Of a DNA stretch of 64,000 bases, positions 20,799-29,672 are shown piece after piece. Origin of the DNA: Nitrospiraceae bacterium (GTDB lineage: Bacteria > Nitrospirota > Thermodesulfovibrionia > UBA6902); the NCBI GenBank assembly GCA_020356065.1, contig CP070632.1, positions 265,284 through 329,283 on the forward strand, written 5' to 3'. The notes under the pieces are model-generated. The model was not told the DNA's origin and did no database searches. It was given only the letters and a program-made list of their open reading frames with translations. The stretch's first letter is position 1. Every line of letters starts with the position of its first letter. The position numbers and the translations under genes are program-made.

Positions 20799-21325
20799 AA
20801 AAGAGAAGAATTATTATCACAATATCCGCATTCATTATCTTACTTATAGTCTTTACAGTATTTGCTGATACATTTCTCCACAATGTTTTTAGCGGACGAG
20901 TTGATTTTCCTAAAGAACATCTAGGTGAAAACTTAGTAATGGAAGATGGCCAGGAATTTATTGTATTTCGCCGGTTGAAAATTAATAATCAAAATAGTGG
21001 TAATGATAGTGCCGCAGTTTCTAAGGTTAGGTTTAAATTTAAAAGTTTCAATTCAGGAACAAATAAAAATCTCTCAATGATACCGGCTCCTTTTCTCATA
21101 GGAATGAAAGAATTTCATGAAAAATACTGGACGTTTAATGAGAATTCCGGCTACTTTCAGGGAATATATCAGTGGGAATCAAATGAATCAGCTGAAAATT
21201 ACCCAGACTCCTTTATTTATAAGTTAATGACAAAGCGAGCTGATCCGGGAACTTTATCATACGAGATCATACCAGATACTAATATATCTGAATATATTGA
21301 GAAACTTACATCAGATACAGCATGA
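20795..21325 (+). CDS. YdhR-like (putative monooxygenase fold) protein with N-terminal membrane anchor
   Basis: EKYW...FQGIYQWES; ATGA overlap with the upstream gene. Confidence 0.6.
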   Translation: MKKRRIIITISAFIILLIVFTVFADTFLHNVFSGRVDFPKEHLGENLVMEDGQEFIVFRRLKINNQNSGNDSAAVSKVRFKFKSFNSGTNKNLSMIPAPFLIGMKEFHEKYWTFNENSGYFQGIYQWESNESAENYPDSFIYKLMTKRADPGTLSYEIIPDTNISEYIEKLTSDTA

Positions 21326-21523
21326 TCACGTCTGCAGCGATGCGTTATGGGGAATTTATCCTATCTCAGCAACCAATATACTCACGATATATATCGGAAA
21401 TCTTCAATATCTTTGGCTCACCAAATACTTCATATGATAATCATATAGCGGGCACCTCCCTGAGCATAACGTTTTGCGGTATGCTCAAGATAAGGAACTA
21501 AATCTTAATGTAGGAGGTGCCAT

Positions 21524-22543
21524 ATGGGATTATACGCAGGATTTGATCTCCATTCAAGCAATACATATGTGGGGATTATCGATGGGGAAGGCAAGAGGGT
21601 ATGGAAAAGGAAGCTCCGGAACGATCCAGACCTAATCTCAGAGTCACTCAGACAGTACAAGAAAGATATTGTGGGGATAGTGGTGGAGTCCACTTATAAC
21701 TGGTATTGGTTGGTAGATCGTATGATGACGGAGGGTTACGCGATGCATTTAGCTAATCCATCTAGGATACAACAGTATTCAGGACTAAAACATGGAGATG
21801 ACGAACATGATGCATTCTGGCTTGCCGAGATGCTGAGGTTAAAGATATTGCCTGAGGGATATATCTACCCAAAGGAGCAAAGGCCTTTGCGTGACCTGTT
21901 AAGGAAACGGGGACATCTGGTAAAGCTACGGACATCTCTGATAGTGAGTCTTCAAAGTATTCTCGCCAGGAATGTTGGTGCAAAGATGAATGCAAACCAT
22001 ATGAAGGCATTGAAAAAAGACCATGTAACGCCGCTGTTGGCAGGCAATGATGATCTTACGCTTGCTGGGAGGGTAAGCAAGGAAGCAATTGACTCTCTCA
22101 CTAAGCAGATTAAGTCAATCGAAGTGGTTGTAGAAAGAAAGATGCATTTGAAGAAGCCTTACGATATTCTGTTAAGTTTGCCTGGTGTAGGAAGGGTTTT
22201 GGGATTAACCATCATGATGGAGACGGGCTCGATTGATCGTTTTCCTGAGGTAGGCAATTATGTATCGTATTGCAGGAAGGTACCTGCTGTAAGATTCAGC
22301 AATGACAAGAAGAAAGGGACAAGCAACAGGAAGAACGGCAATAAGTATCTTTCATGGGCATACGCTGAAGCGGCAGAGCATGCACGACGACTTGATCCTG
22401 ATGCGAGGGACTATTATGTTCGGAAGCGGAAAAAGACAAATGACCCAATCGCACACAGTGCGCTTGCACACAAGCTGGCGAGGGCTTCATATTATATGAT
22501 GAGGGACGGGGTTCCGTTCAAACCTGAGAAGGCATTTGCATAA
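21524..22543 (+). CDS. IS110-family DEDD recombinase
   Basis: GFDLH, VVESTYNW, DEHDA, SLPGVG, YVSYCRKVP..RFSN, KNGNKYL, ALAHKLAR. Confidence 0.95.
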   Translation: MGLYAGFDLHSSNTYVGIIDGEGKRVWKRKLRNDPDLISESLRQYKKDIVGIVVESTYNWYWLVDRMMTEGYAMHLANPSRIQQYSGLKHGDDEHDAFWLAEMLRLKILPEGYIYPKEQRPLRDLLRKRGHLVKLRTSLIVSLQSILARNVGAKMNANHMKALKKDHVTPLLAGNDDLTLAGRVSKEAIDSLTKQIKSIEVVVERKMHLKKPYDILLSLPGVGRVLGLTIMMETGSIDRFPEVGNYVSYCRKVPAVRFSNDKKKGTSNRKNGNKYLSWAYAEAAEHARRLDPDARDYYVRKRKKTNDPIAHSALAHKLARASYYMMRDGVPFKPEKAFA

Positions 22544-22547
22544 AAGA

Positions 22548-22843
22548 CTGGGTATGGCAGTGAATCCAAATACCGACTGGAATTTAGCCAATGATATGAT
22601 TGGAACACTGCTGCACCCAGCAACATAAAAGTTACTGACATCTTTACTGCCCGGGCTGAGAGCCATCAAGTGACTGGGGTAACAGCCATAGAAATGTAAT
22701 AAACCAAATGGACTTGGCACGGAGCCGAAGGTTTTCTGGTCCGCCATGAGCGGAAGGAGCCCTCTTTGGGGAGTAAACTCTGGGAGTGGCTTTGATCCTG
22801 ATGGGTGTCTGGAACAGTGAAGACTGTATCCATTATTAAAGGG
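22548..22843 (+). ncRNA. Candidate bridge/seek RNA of the IS1111-type element
   Basis: Structured non-coding right end; hairpin 22548-22620 and hairpin 22790-22843, whose internal loop matches the element's own circle junction. Confidence 0.6.
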
Positions 22844-23025
22844 AAAAACGGTATTGGTAGGATTGTTGGTTTCTCATACTCATAAAAAGACGTTAGACCA
22901 CTTCTTGGTAAAATATATTTTTGATTGACAGGTGCCCACTATATGGGTGTTATAAATTTGACAATTGGTTATAAACGATTAAAAGGAAGCAGATAAGGGA
23001 GCCTTAACATAACCTAATAATTATT

Positions 23026-24045
23026 TGTGTGATTCACATAGATCGTTTCAATTTTCTCAGCCTTAAATCCATGTTGTAATTTTGTTCTTGGAACCTCTCA
23101 TTTAAGGGATCATACATATCGTCAACATCTTCGCCATATGGAATCACATCCTTCAACTCACAAACTACATCCATAGGAGATTTACCCTTCAAGGAACCAT
23201 GAGGACGAAGTCGGTTGTAGTAAAATTGCCATTCCTCAAGGAGATTCGATATTTCTGGATTTTTCATATCGATGGTAGAGTAAAATTCGTAGAGAACTGT
23301 TTTCTGGGCTCGCTCGACCTTGCCATTTAAGTGAGGAGATGCTGGTTTTATTGGCCTGAACTTTATCCCCCAATCCATAAATCGCTTCTGGACCTTCATG
23401 GCAAAAAACTCTGTGCCACGATCAGTCTGAATACGCTGAATAGGAAATGGCATCATTTCACATGCCTGCTCTATAAACTCCAAAGTGTTGGATGCGTTGC
23501 GACGATTGTAAAGAGCCAAAATCATGAACCTACTACAGTCATCAATAGCTGTATACTGGTAAAGTCCTGGGCCGATCTTGCAAGTGTCCATCTGGACTCT
23601 GTCGCCAGGTACAGGGCGAGAATACCGATTGTAATCTTTTTTCCTGCGTGGTTTTTGGAGCTGTTTGCATCCGTTAACGGTAAGAACCTTATGGATAGTC
23701 GCAAGGGATAAATTGAAGCTATGGAGCCGTTTTAGTTCGCTCTGGATTCTTCGAGCACCGAGCTTGCGATTATTACGAAGTGTGAGTATCCATTCAGTTT
23801 CTTTTTGTCCGACTTTAGCGGCTGGAGACTTTTTAGGTGCCCTGCTCTGGCTCTGCAGGCCCTTAATACTATCTTTCTGATAGCGCCTCCACCATTTGCG
23901 AAGCGTCGGACGGGAAACGCCACATCTTCGACAAACGAAGCCAGCGTCACCTGTTTCTTCATAAAGTTTTATCCATGTAAAACGCGCCCTGATTGCTTTC
24001 TCCATAGACGATATTATAATTGAAATGATGTTTATGAATCACACA
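23026..24045 (-). mobile_element. IS481-family insertion sequence
   Basis: 26-bp IRs tgtgtgattcacatagatcgtttcaa / ttgaaatgatgtttatgaatcacaca with TGT...ACA ends; no target duplication seen. Confidence 0.9.
23034..24005 (-). CDS. IS481-family transposase (rve/integrase core)
   Basis: N-terminal HTH, RVQMDT, AIDDCSR, IQTDRGTEF, PHLNGKVER, YNRLRPH. Confidence 0.95.
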   Translation of the reverse strand: MEKAIRARFTWIKLYEETGDAGFVCRRCGVSRPTLRKWWRRYQKDSIKGLQSQSRAPKKSPAAKVGQKETEWILTLRNNRKLGARRIQSELKRLHSFNLSLATIHKVLTVNGCKQLQKPRRKKDYNRYSRPVPGDRVQMDTCKIGPGLYQYTAIDDCSRFMILALYNRRNASNTLEFIEQACEMMPFPIQRIQTDRGTEFFAMKVQKRFMDWGIKFRPIKPASPHLNGKVERAQKTVLYEFYSTIDMKNPEISNLLEEWQFYYNRLRPHGSLKGKSPMDVVCELKDVIPYGEDVDDMYDPLNERFQEQNYNMDLRLRKLKRSM

Positions 24046-24074
24046 TGTAGTGTTACTTTTTATTTTATTTAAAG

Positions 24075-24554
24075 CTAATGAATCAGCATATTGAGAAATT
24101 TGTCAGAGACTACACAATCTGATCTTTCCTCTTTAAGCACTGCTTTTTTGAAATCACAGAGATTGCATGCCATGAACTTTGGGATCAATGACCTTTTGAT
24201 CCTTCCACCACATAACGTGCCTGGCACAACCCAGCAAGCTCTTCCTCCGTTTTCCCCTCCATGGATACCATTGAGTTTTGTTTCCTTAAAGACTGGGCAG
24301 ACGACTATATGATTTCCTTGCTCACCACCGGCATGTTTATCACACTTCTGAAACTCCCAGCAATTTACTTTCATTATCTGGGTACTCTTTCGTCTCTGAG
24401 CTATTATAAGTGACCACTGCCTTATGTCATCAAGGAAAGGTTTTACATTTTGACCCATTTCCTTGATCATTAACTCTGACCATGAATCCTTATCATAGTT
24501 GCCGATCTCTATAAAATATGCTCCACACCCAGCCATTTCCTTAAATATTCCCAT
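24075..24554 (-). CDS. Two-CW Cys-rich domain protein
   Basis: NCWEFQKC...CPV...CWVVPGTLCGG...CNLCDF, homologous to the kinase tail at 4574-4790. Confidence 0.75.
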   Translation of the reverse strand: MGIFKEMAGCGAYFIEIGNYDKDSWSELMIKEMGQNVKPFLDDIRQWSLIIAQRRKSTQIMKVNCWEFQKCDKHAGGEQGNHIVVCPVFKETKLNGIHGGENGGRACWVVPGTLCGGRIKRSLIPKFMACNLCDFKKAVLKEERSDCVVSDKFLNMLIH

Positions 24555-24628
24555 GACTAGAAATCACCTTGTGATATTAAAAAATATGTTAAGCCAAATT
24601 AAATGATATGAAAAATCCACTGATACAT

Positions 24629-24931
24629 TTAACCAGCAACAATTGCGTGATCTTCCTCTAATAATTCATGAATTTCGTGTAATGGATATGTTTCTAAAAT
24701 CCAATCATTACCAAGATCTTTTGCAAGCAGGTTTATAGCATCAGGCTCATTCGTATCAATCATGATTATGAGCTTTTGATGACAGCTGTCCATTGGTTCA
24801 TAACATTTAATCATTCTGCATTTCTTATGAAGAAGATCATCCTTACTTACGTTTTCCCATTCTTCCAAATCTTCTATTTTTGCCATATGTGGAATTTTCT
24901 TTTTGGTATTGCAAATTGACAAGTACATCAT
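24629..24931 (-). CDS. Hypothetical protein downstream of the c-di-GMP riboswitch
   Basis: AAGGAGGGG RBS before ATG 24931; about 100 aa. Confidence 0.65.
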   Translation of the reverse strand: MMYLSICNTKKKIPHMAKIEDLEEWENVSKDDLLHKKCRMIKCYEPMDSCHQKLIIMIDTNEPDAINLLAKDLGNDWILETYPLHEIHELLEEDHAIVAG

Positions 24932-24958
24932 TTGTCTTCCCCTCCTTTTTGCCGACAT

Positions 24959-25070
24959 TAAAAAAGCCGGGCATACCGTTGGTTAAACCTTCGGCAGCTC
25001 GGCTATCTTCAACTTCGGAGACCCGCCACTTTCCGCCCCCTTCTCACGGAGGGTTTGGCTTTGTCGGGTA
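24959..25070 (-). ncRNA. Cyclic-di-GMP-I (GEMM) riboswitch with terminator-type expression platform
   Basis: Minus strand CGACAAAGCCAAACCCTCCGTGAGAAGGGGGCGGAAAGTGGCGGGTCT...AGATAGCCGAGCTGCCGAA then CGGTATGCCCGGCTTTTT. Confidence 0.9.
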
Positions 25071-25294
25071 TATATACTTTTATTTACTTCTTTAATAAAT
25101 AATTGTCAATTTAATACTATTTATGACTTATTATTAATTCTTATATAATTGTGATTAAACAGTATGACTATAAAGCACTGAATCATGGTATCAATTATTT
25201 AATAAAACAACAGTCCTTACTTTCTTCATATTTTAAAAGTTCCTTATTGAGAATACGTATCAATTCTACTTTTGAAACCAGCTTTCTCTTCATT

Positions 25295-25456
25295 TCAATT
25301 TACACCTCTTTGATATTTGTCATTTTTAATTTTCCTTATGGCACCAGCTTTCCCTTGTTTACAGACAATATCCTCCTCCAATGCCTCAGCTTTGCAAAGA
25401 TATTTATCGTTATGCATACAGTTGCCATTTGAACATTTAGGATATTTCATTTTCAT
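25295..25456 (-). CDS. Small Cys-rich protein, DUF1540-like (53 aa, below the ORF-track cutoff)
   Basis: MKMKYPKCSNGNCMHNDKYLCKAEALEEDIVCKQG...; C-x4-C-x-HN-x4-C-x-A pattern. Confidence 0.45.
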   Translation of the reverse strand: MKMKYPKCSNGNCMHNDKYLCKAEALEEDIVCKQGKAGAIRKIKNDKYQRGVN

Positions 25457-25525
25457 TTCGTTAATACCGCTTTAATCTAAAAAATTACAATTCCATCATG
25501 TTATCTGCAGTATAAATACAATTAA

Positions 25526-25792
25526 CTAAATGTTATAACGCTCATAAATTTCATATCTCACAGGGCAATTACATATTATTTGATTATCTGCAAAAGGGAT
25601 ATTGTAAATACAAGAGATGTCATGATTGAAATTAACAAAGACCATGCCATCACCAATCTTACTTTCAACTGGACACATAGCTAACCTGTCAGAACACCTG
25701 GGGGTATCTTTATCATTTAAACAAGATAAATTGGCGTGACATTTTGTTGCTCTATCAATAATTATATTACTTATATCAATTTTCACTGGCAT
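25526..25792 (-). CDS. Small Cys-rich hypothetical protein
   Basis: 88 aa, seven Cys, C-terminal ICNCPVRYEIYERY; GAAGG RBS. Confidence 0.65.
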   Translation of the reverse strand: MPVKIDISNIIIDRATKCHANLSCLNDKDTPRCSDRLAMCPVESKIGDGMVFVNFNHDISCIYNIPFADNQIICNCPVRYEIYERYNI

Positions 25793-26038
25793 GTACCTTC
25801 ATGACTAAATAATATAAGTACTTTTTGATAAAACAAGTAGGCTTACCGATTAGTTAACAAAAAGTGTTGTAAGAAACACTTTTAACTGCCTACAGACTTA
25901 TCTTGAAAATATTTTTGTTTTAATTTACCATGTTGATATATAATATACAGTACTATAATTTAACCTATATATTGCCTATAAAATATTGGCAATATAATTC
26001 CGCTAAACAGAAAATCATTGTAAGGCAGACCTATCCCC

Positions 26039-26986
26039 ATGAAATATAAGAACATATCAGATAAAAGCAGGACATCTCTTAATAAAGAAATAAACAGGTT
26101 AAAAAAACGTATTTTAGCGTTAAATGATATTGAACGAGAAAAGAAAGAGATTGAATGTTTATTGAGAGAGCGAAGTAAGGAACTAAATTGCTTGTATGGA
26201 TTGTCAGAATTAATAGAGCGATATGACCCTTCAATTGATAAAATTTTAAAGGGATTAACTCATCTCATACCCGTGTCGTGGCAATATCCTGAAATTACAC
26301 GAGTAAGAATATTATTTTATGAATCGGAGTTTAGAAGTAAGAACTTCAGAGAGTCACAATGGAGACAGGATACTGATATTAAAGTAGCGGGTCAGATAAT
26401 TGGGAAAATCGAGGTCTACTATATTAAAAAAATGGCTGAAAATTACGAAGGTCCATTTTTAAAAGAAGAAAGGATACTTATTGATCATCTATCTTACAGG
26501 ATTAGTCGCCTTACCGAACGTATCCATGCAAAGAAACAACTTCACGTAGAGCAATTAACACTAAAAAATATGAATATAACACTTCGTGAAGTTCTATCAA
26601 AAGTCCAAATTGAAAAAAAAGAAATAGGATATTCAATACATACAAATTGCGAAAAAATAATACTGCCAATTATTCATGCATTAGAAGCTGACGCAAACTT
26701 TAAACAAAAAAAATATATTTCTCTACTTAAATCCAATCTTAATGATATTATTTCTCCTTTCATAAATCAATTGTCAAGAGATTTTATGAGATTAACTCCA
26801 TCAGAAATTCAAATTTGTAATATGATTAAAAACGGTCTATCTACAAAAGAGATTGCAAATTTACGCGGCTTATCAGATTCAACTATACACAGACACCGTG
26901 AAAATATTAGGAAGAAACTGAATCTAATCAATAAGGATATAAATTTAATTACATACCTAAACACCTACATGGAAACTGCCCCATAG
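26039..26986 (+). CDS. LuxR-family HTH transcriptional regulator
   Basis: C-terminal LTPSEIQICNMIKNGLSTKEIA...HRENIRKKL; GAF-like middle (SWQYPE, GPFLKEE). Confidence 0.85.
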   Translation: MKYKNISDKSRTSLNKEINRLKKRILALNDIEREKKEIECLLRERSKELNCLYGLSELIERYDPSIDKILKGLTHLIPVSWQYPEITRVRILFYESEFRSKNFRESQWRQDTDIKVAGQIIGKIEVYYIKKMAENYEGPFLKEERILIDHLSYRISRLTERIHAKKQLHVEQLTLKNMNITLREVLSKVQIEKKEIGYSIHTNCEKIILPIIHALEADANFKQKKYISLLKSNLNDIISPFINQLSRDFMRLTPSEIQICNMIKNGLSTKEIANLRGLSDSTIHRHRENIRKKLNLINKDINLITYLNTYMETAP

Positions 26987-27290
26987 TAAATCAGGATAGA
27001 AAAAATTAATTATAATATCCAATTGATATCTAAGGACTCTTTTTATCCATAAGAAATTATTGATAATAGTCTGAAATCTTCGCAATCCAGGTTAAATCTA
27101 CATTATAGACAACTTCAACAAAGCGTTAATATCCATACAGACTCCATTTCATTGATAATACAGATGAAGGTTCAAAAATAATGGGAAAATCAGGTCTGAA
27201 CTTGTGTGAAGTATCAAAATCTGAAGATTACATTATATAATCAACGATTCACTTAGATAATGAAATTACTGGTAACAGGTTTAAATCAAT

Positions 27291-27322
27291 AAAAAGATAG
27301 AGCCATTGCTGACTCTACCTTA
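27291..27322 (-). terminator. Intrinsic terminator after the PEP-CTERM fragment
   Basis: Minus strand aggtagagtca-gcaa-tggctctatct-tttt. Confidence 0.7.
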
Positions 27323-27351
27323 TTAAGAATCCCCCCCTGACAAATAAAAAC

Positions 27352-27447
27352 TTATTTCTTATATTTCTTTCTGAATCTCCTAAAACCTAATGTTGCTCCA
27401 CCTACTATAAAAAGAGTCGAGCTTATTGGTTCAGGTACAACAGGTGA
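27352..27447 (-). pseudogene. 3' remnant of a PEP-CTERM sorting-domain protein
   Basis: Translates to SPVVPEPISSTLFIVGGATLGFRRFRKKYKK-stop; no gene body upstream. Confidence 0.8.
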
Positions 27448-27448
27448 T

Positions 27449-27826
27449 AAGAGCATTGATTTCATAAAGGATCTCAAGGCTGTACAGAAAGACATCAGGC
27501 TCAAGCTCTATCGGGATATACCCCTGTACAAACTGGCTATTTTCGGCGATTATCTCAGTGTAAGGCACTATCACCCTGGCATGGATGTAGGGAATAAGCC
27601 GGAATATGTGTTTGAGCATACCTCGGATCATGGTGGTCTGTACAGCACATTCTATCAGTATTTCTTATCACGCTGGAATGATCCCAATATTTTCGAATAT
27701 GACCTGGAAACGGACGAGATCATTTACAGGGAAAGAACCGGCAAAGAGCTCAGCAGGGAGACATTGAAAATCCCTCTGGTCCATCCTGAGCAACAGAGGG
27801 AGTTCGCCGGCGGCGAGACGTTATGA
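27449..27826 (+). pseudogene. 5'-truncated hypothetical protein
   Basis: Frame of ORF 27581-27826 stays open and protein-like upstream (KSIDFIKDLKAVQKDIRLKLYRDIPLYKLAIFGDY) with no start or RBS before the PEP-CTERM fragment. Confidence 0.6.
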
Positions 27827-27837
27827 CTTGAGAGACT

Positions 27838-28368
27838 TTAGTGAGTTTCCTCGATGTACTTCTCATTTATTCTCCCTGCATTCCAGAAAAGCGCAGGCAC
27901 TGCCACAGCCCAGGCAACCGCCAGGATGAGCATATCAGATGTCCCGGGTATTGCCGTTGTAGCTCCGAGTTTTGCCCCGCTGTAATACGCAGCAGGTCCC
28001 CCGACGGAACCAAGAACTGCTGACAGAAGATAATGTCCATGGAGTTTCTGCAGAGAGACATTAATCGCAGTAGAAAAAATCATCCACAACAGGACCATCC
28101 ATGGAGGACTGAAAGGATATGGGAACAGATACACAATTGGAGTGAAAATCCCTGCAACAATGAGGCCCGTATCGATAACGAAACCCAGCGCACCCGCTGA
28201 CAGGATAAGCATCACCTCAGCTTTCCTGTCTGGTGATAAAGCTACATGGACCACGAGTACGATAGGCACAACAATCATACCCAGCCAAGGCATCCCTTGA
28301 GCGGCTCCGAGCACTGCCGCAAACCAGCCAGCCTGAAATCCAATGACATTTACGAGAGTTCGGATCAG
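27838..28368 (-). CDS. DUF2878 family membrane protein (probable CTG start)
   Basis: NVIGFQAGWFAAVLG, PPWMVLLW, GGPAAYYSG. Confidence 0.8.
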   Translation of the reverse strand: MIRTLVNVIGFQAGWFAAVLGAAQGMPWLGMIVVPIVLVVHVALSPDRKAEVMLILSAGALGFVIDTGLIVAGIFTPIVYLFPYPFSPPWMVLLWMIFSTAINVSLQKLHGHYLLSAVLGSVGGPAAYYSGAKLGATTAIPGTSDMLILAVAWAVAVPALFWNAGRINEKYIEETH

Positions 28369-29672
28369 TTCTGATCGCCTCCTTGCAGGGGCGGCAGAAG
28401 TGAAGGTCTCCGCGAGAGCGGCTTTGTAAAAAGCATCTGCACGTCACCAATATATCGCTCCCTGAATCCGGCCTCACAGTAGCAGAGGTAATACTCCCAC
28501 ATCCGTATGAATTCATCAGAATACCCCTGTCTCCGGATATCAGCTATTCGGGAAAAGAACCTGTCCCTCCATTCCCTTAGCGTCCGGGCATAATGAGGCG
28601 TGATGTCTTCAAGATGAAATAGACGCATGTCTGTTCCGTGCGCTGCCGCCTGTGAGAGTGCGGTGACCGACGGGATACAGCTCCCTGGGAAGATATACCG
28701 TTTGATAAAATCAACCTCATGTTTATGTCTTTCATATTCCTGGTCACGTATCGTAATGGCCTGAAGCAGCATCATGCCATCGTTCTTTATCCTTTTGCTG
28801 CAGCATCGGAAGAACGTTTCGAGATAGTGATGTCCCACTGCCTCGATCATTTCGATAGAAACGAGCTTGTCATATGTGCCCTGCAGGTCCCGGTAATCCT
28901 TCTGGAGAATTTCAATACGGTCATCCATCCCTTCCTTACGAATCAGCTGTTGTGCAAATTCATACTGCTGATCTGATATCGTTGTTGTGGTAATGCGACA
29001 TCCATAATTTTTTGCAGCATGCAATGCAAATCCACCCCAGCCTCCACCGATTTCAAGGATATGGTCGTCAGGGTTAAGAAGCAGTTTCCTGCAGATCCGG
29101 TCGTATTTTTCAATTGATGCATCATAAAGTGAACATGACGATGATGTAAAGATCCCGCAGGAATAGGTCATGGTATCATCAAGAAAAAGTTGATAAAAAT
29201 CATTTCCGAGATCATAATGGGCCTCTATGTTCCTCCGGCTCCCCTCTTTTGTATTTTTCCGCAGGAAATGTGAGACCCTGTGGAGCGGGCCTGAGAGCCG
29301 GGCTGCTCCACCCTCCAGCCCTGTCAGGAGGTGTCTGTTCCGTACAATGATCCTGAAGAGGCTGGTCAGATCATCGGCTGTCCAGAAACCGGCCATATAT
29401 GCCTCACCCGCACCAATACTCCCGCCAAATGAAATGTCAGTATAAAAGCGAGGATCATGAACAAACAGAGTGGCCCTGAGTTCTTCATTGTCTCGCCTCG
29501 TTCCGAAGACAGTCCGGTTATCTCCTTCTTTGAGCACCAGTTGTCCGGTGCTGAGTTTATGAAGGCGGAATACTAGTGCTCTTCTTGCAACATGTGAAAG
29601 CATTCCTGAAATACCGCCCGGGATTATCCGTATGCCGGGTCTCTGACTTACTGGAACGATCGTTTCTTTCAT
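28365..29672 (-). CDS. cfa: Cyclopropane-fatty-acyl-phospholipid synthase family methyltransferase
   Basis: NIEAHYDLGNDFY, MTYSC, LEIGGGWG, SIEMIEAVG, FIKRYIFPG, WEYYLCYCEAGF; ATG 29672 overlaps the upstream stop. Confidence 0.92.
   Translation of the reverse strand: MKETIVPVSQRPGIRIIPGGISGMLSHVARRALVFRLHKLSTGQLVLKEGDNRTVFGTRRDNEELRATLFVHDPRFYTDISFGGSIGAGEAYMAGFWTADDLTSLFRIIVRNRHLLTGLEGGAARLSGPLHRVSHFLRKNTKEGSRRNIEAHYDLGNDFYQLFLDDTMTYSCGIFTSSSCSLYDASIEKYDRICRKLLLNPDDHILEIGGGWGGFALHAAKNYGCRITTTTISDQQYEFAQQLIRKEGMDDRIEILQKDYRDLQGTYDKLVSIEMIEAVGHHYLETFFRCCSKRIKNDGMMLLQAITIRDQEYERHKHEVDFIKRYIFPGSCIPSVTALSQAAAHGTDMRLFHLEDITPHYARTLREWRDRFFSRIADIRRQGYSDEFIRMWEYYLCYCEAGFRERYIGDVQMLFTKPLSRRPSLLPPLQGGDQN

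Larger units (their letters stand above)
21435..22949 (+). mobile_element. Complete IS110-family element, IS1111 type (sub-terminal IRs, long right end)
   Basis: IRs catatagcgggcacct (21442-21457) / aggtgcccactatatg (22930-22945); shared TG core at 21435 and 22948; TTGACA in the right end, GATAAT in the left end. Confidence 0.88.

Noticed and set aside
21322-22996. 53-codon ORF reconstituted across the IS110 empty site, and an attC-like reading of GTTATAA
   Set aside because: The peptide has no recognisable features and could be chance. There is no RYYYAAC partner, attC fold or integron integrase.
24959-25070. cGAMP-specific (GEMM-Ib) riboswitch
   Set aside because: The specificity position is G, not A.
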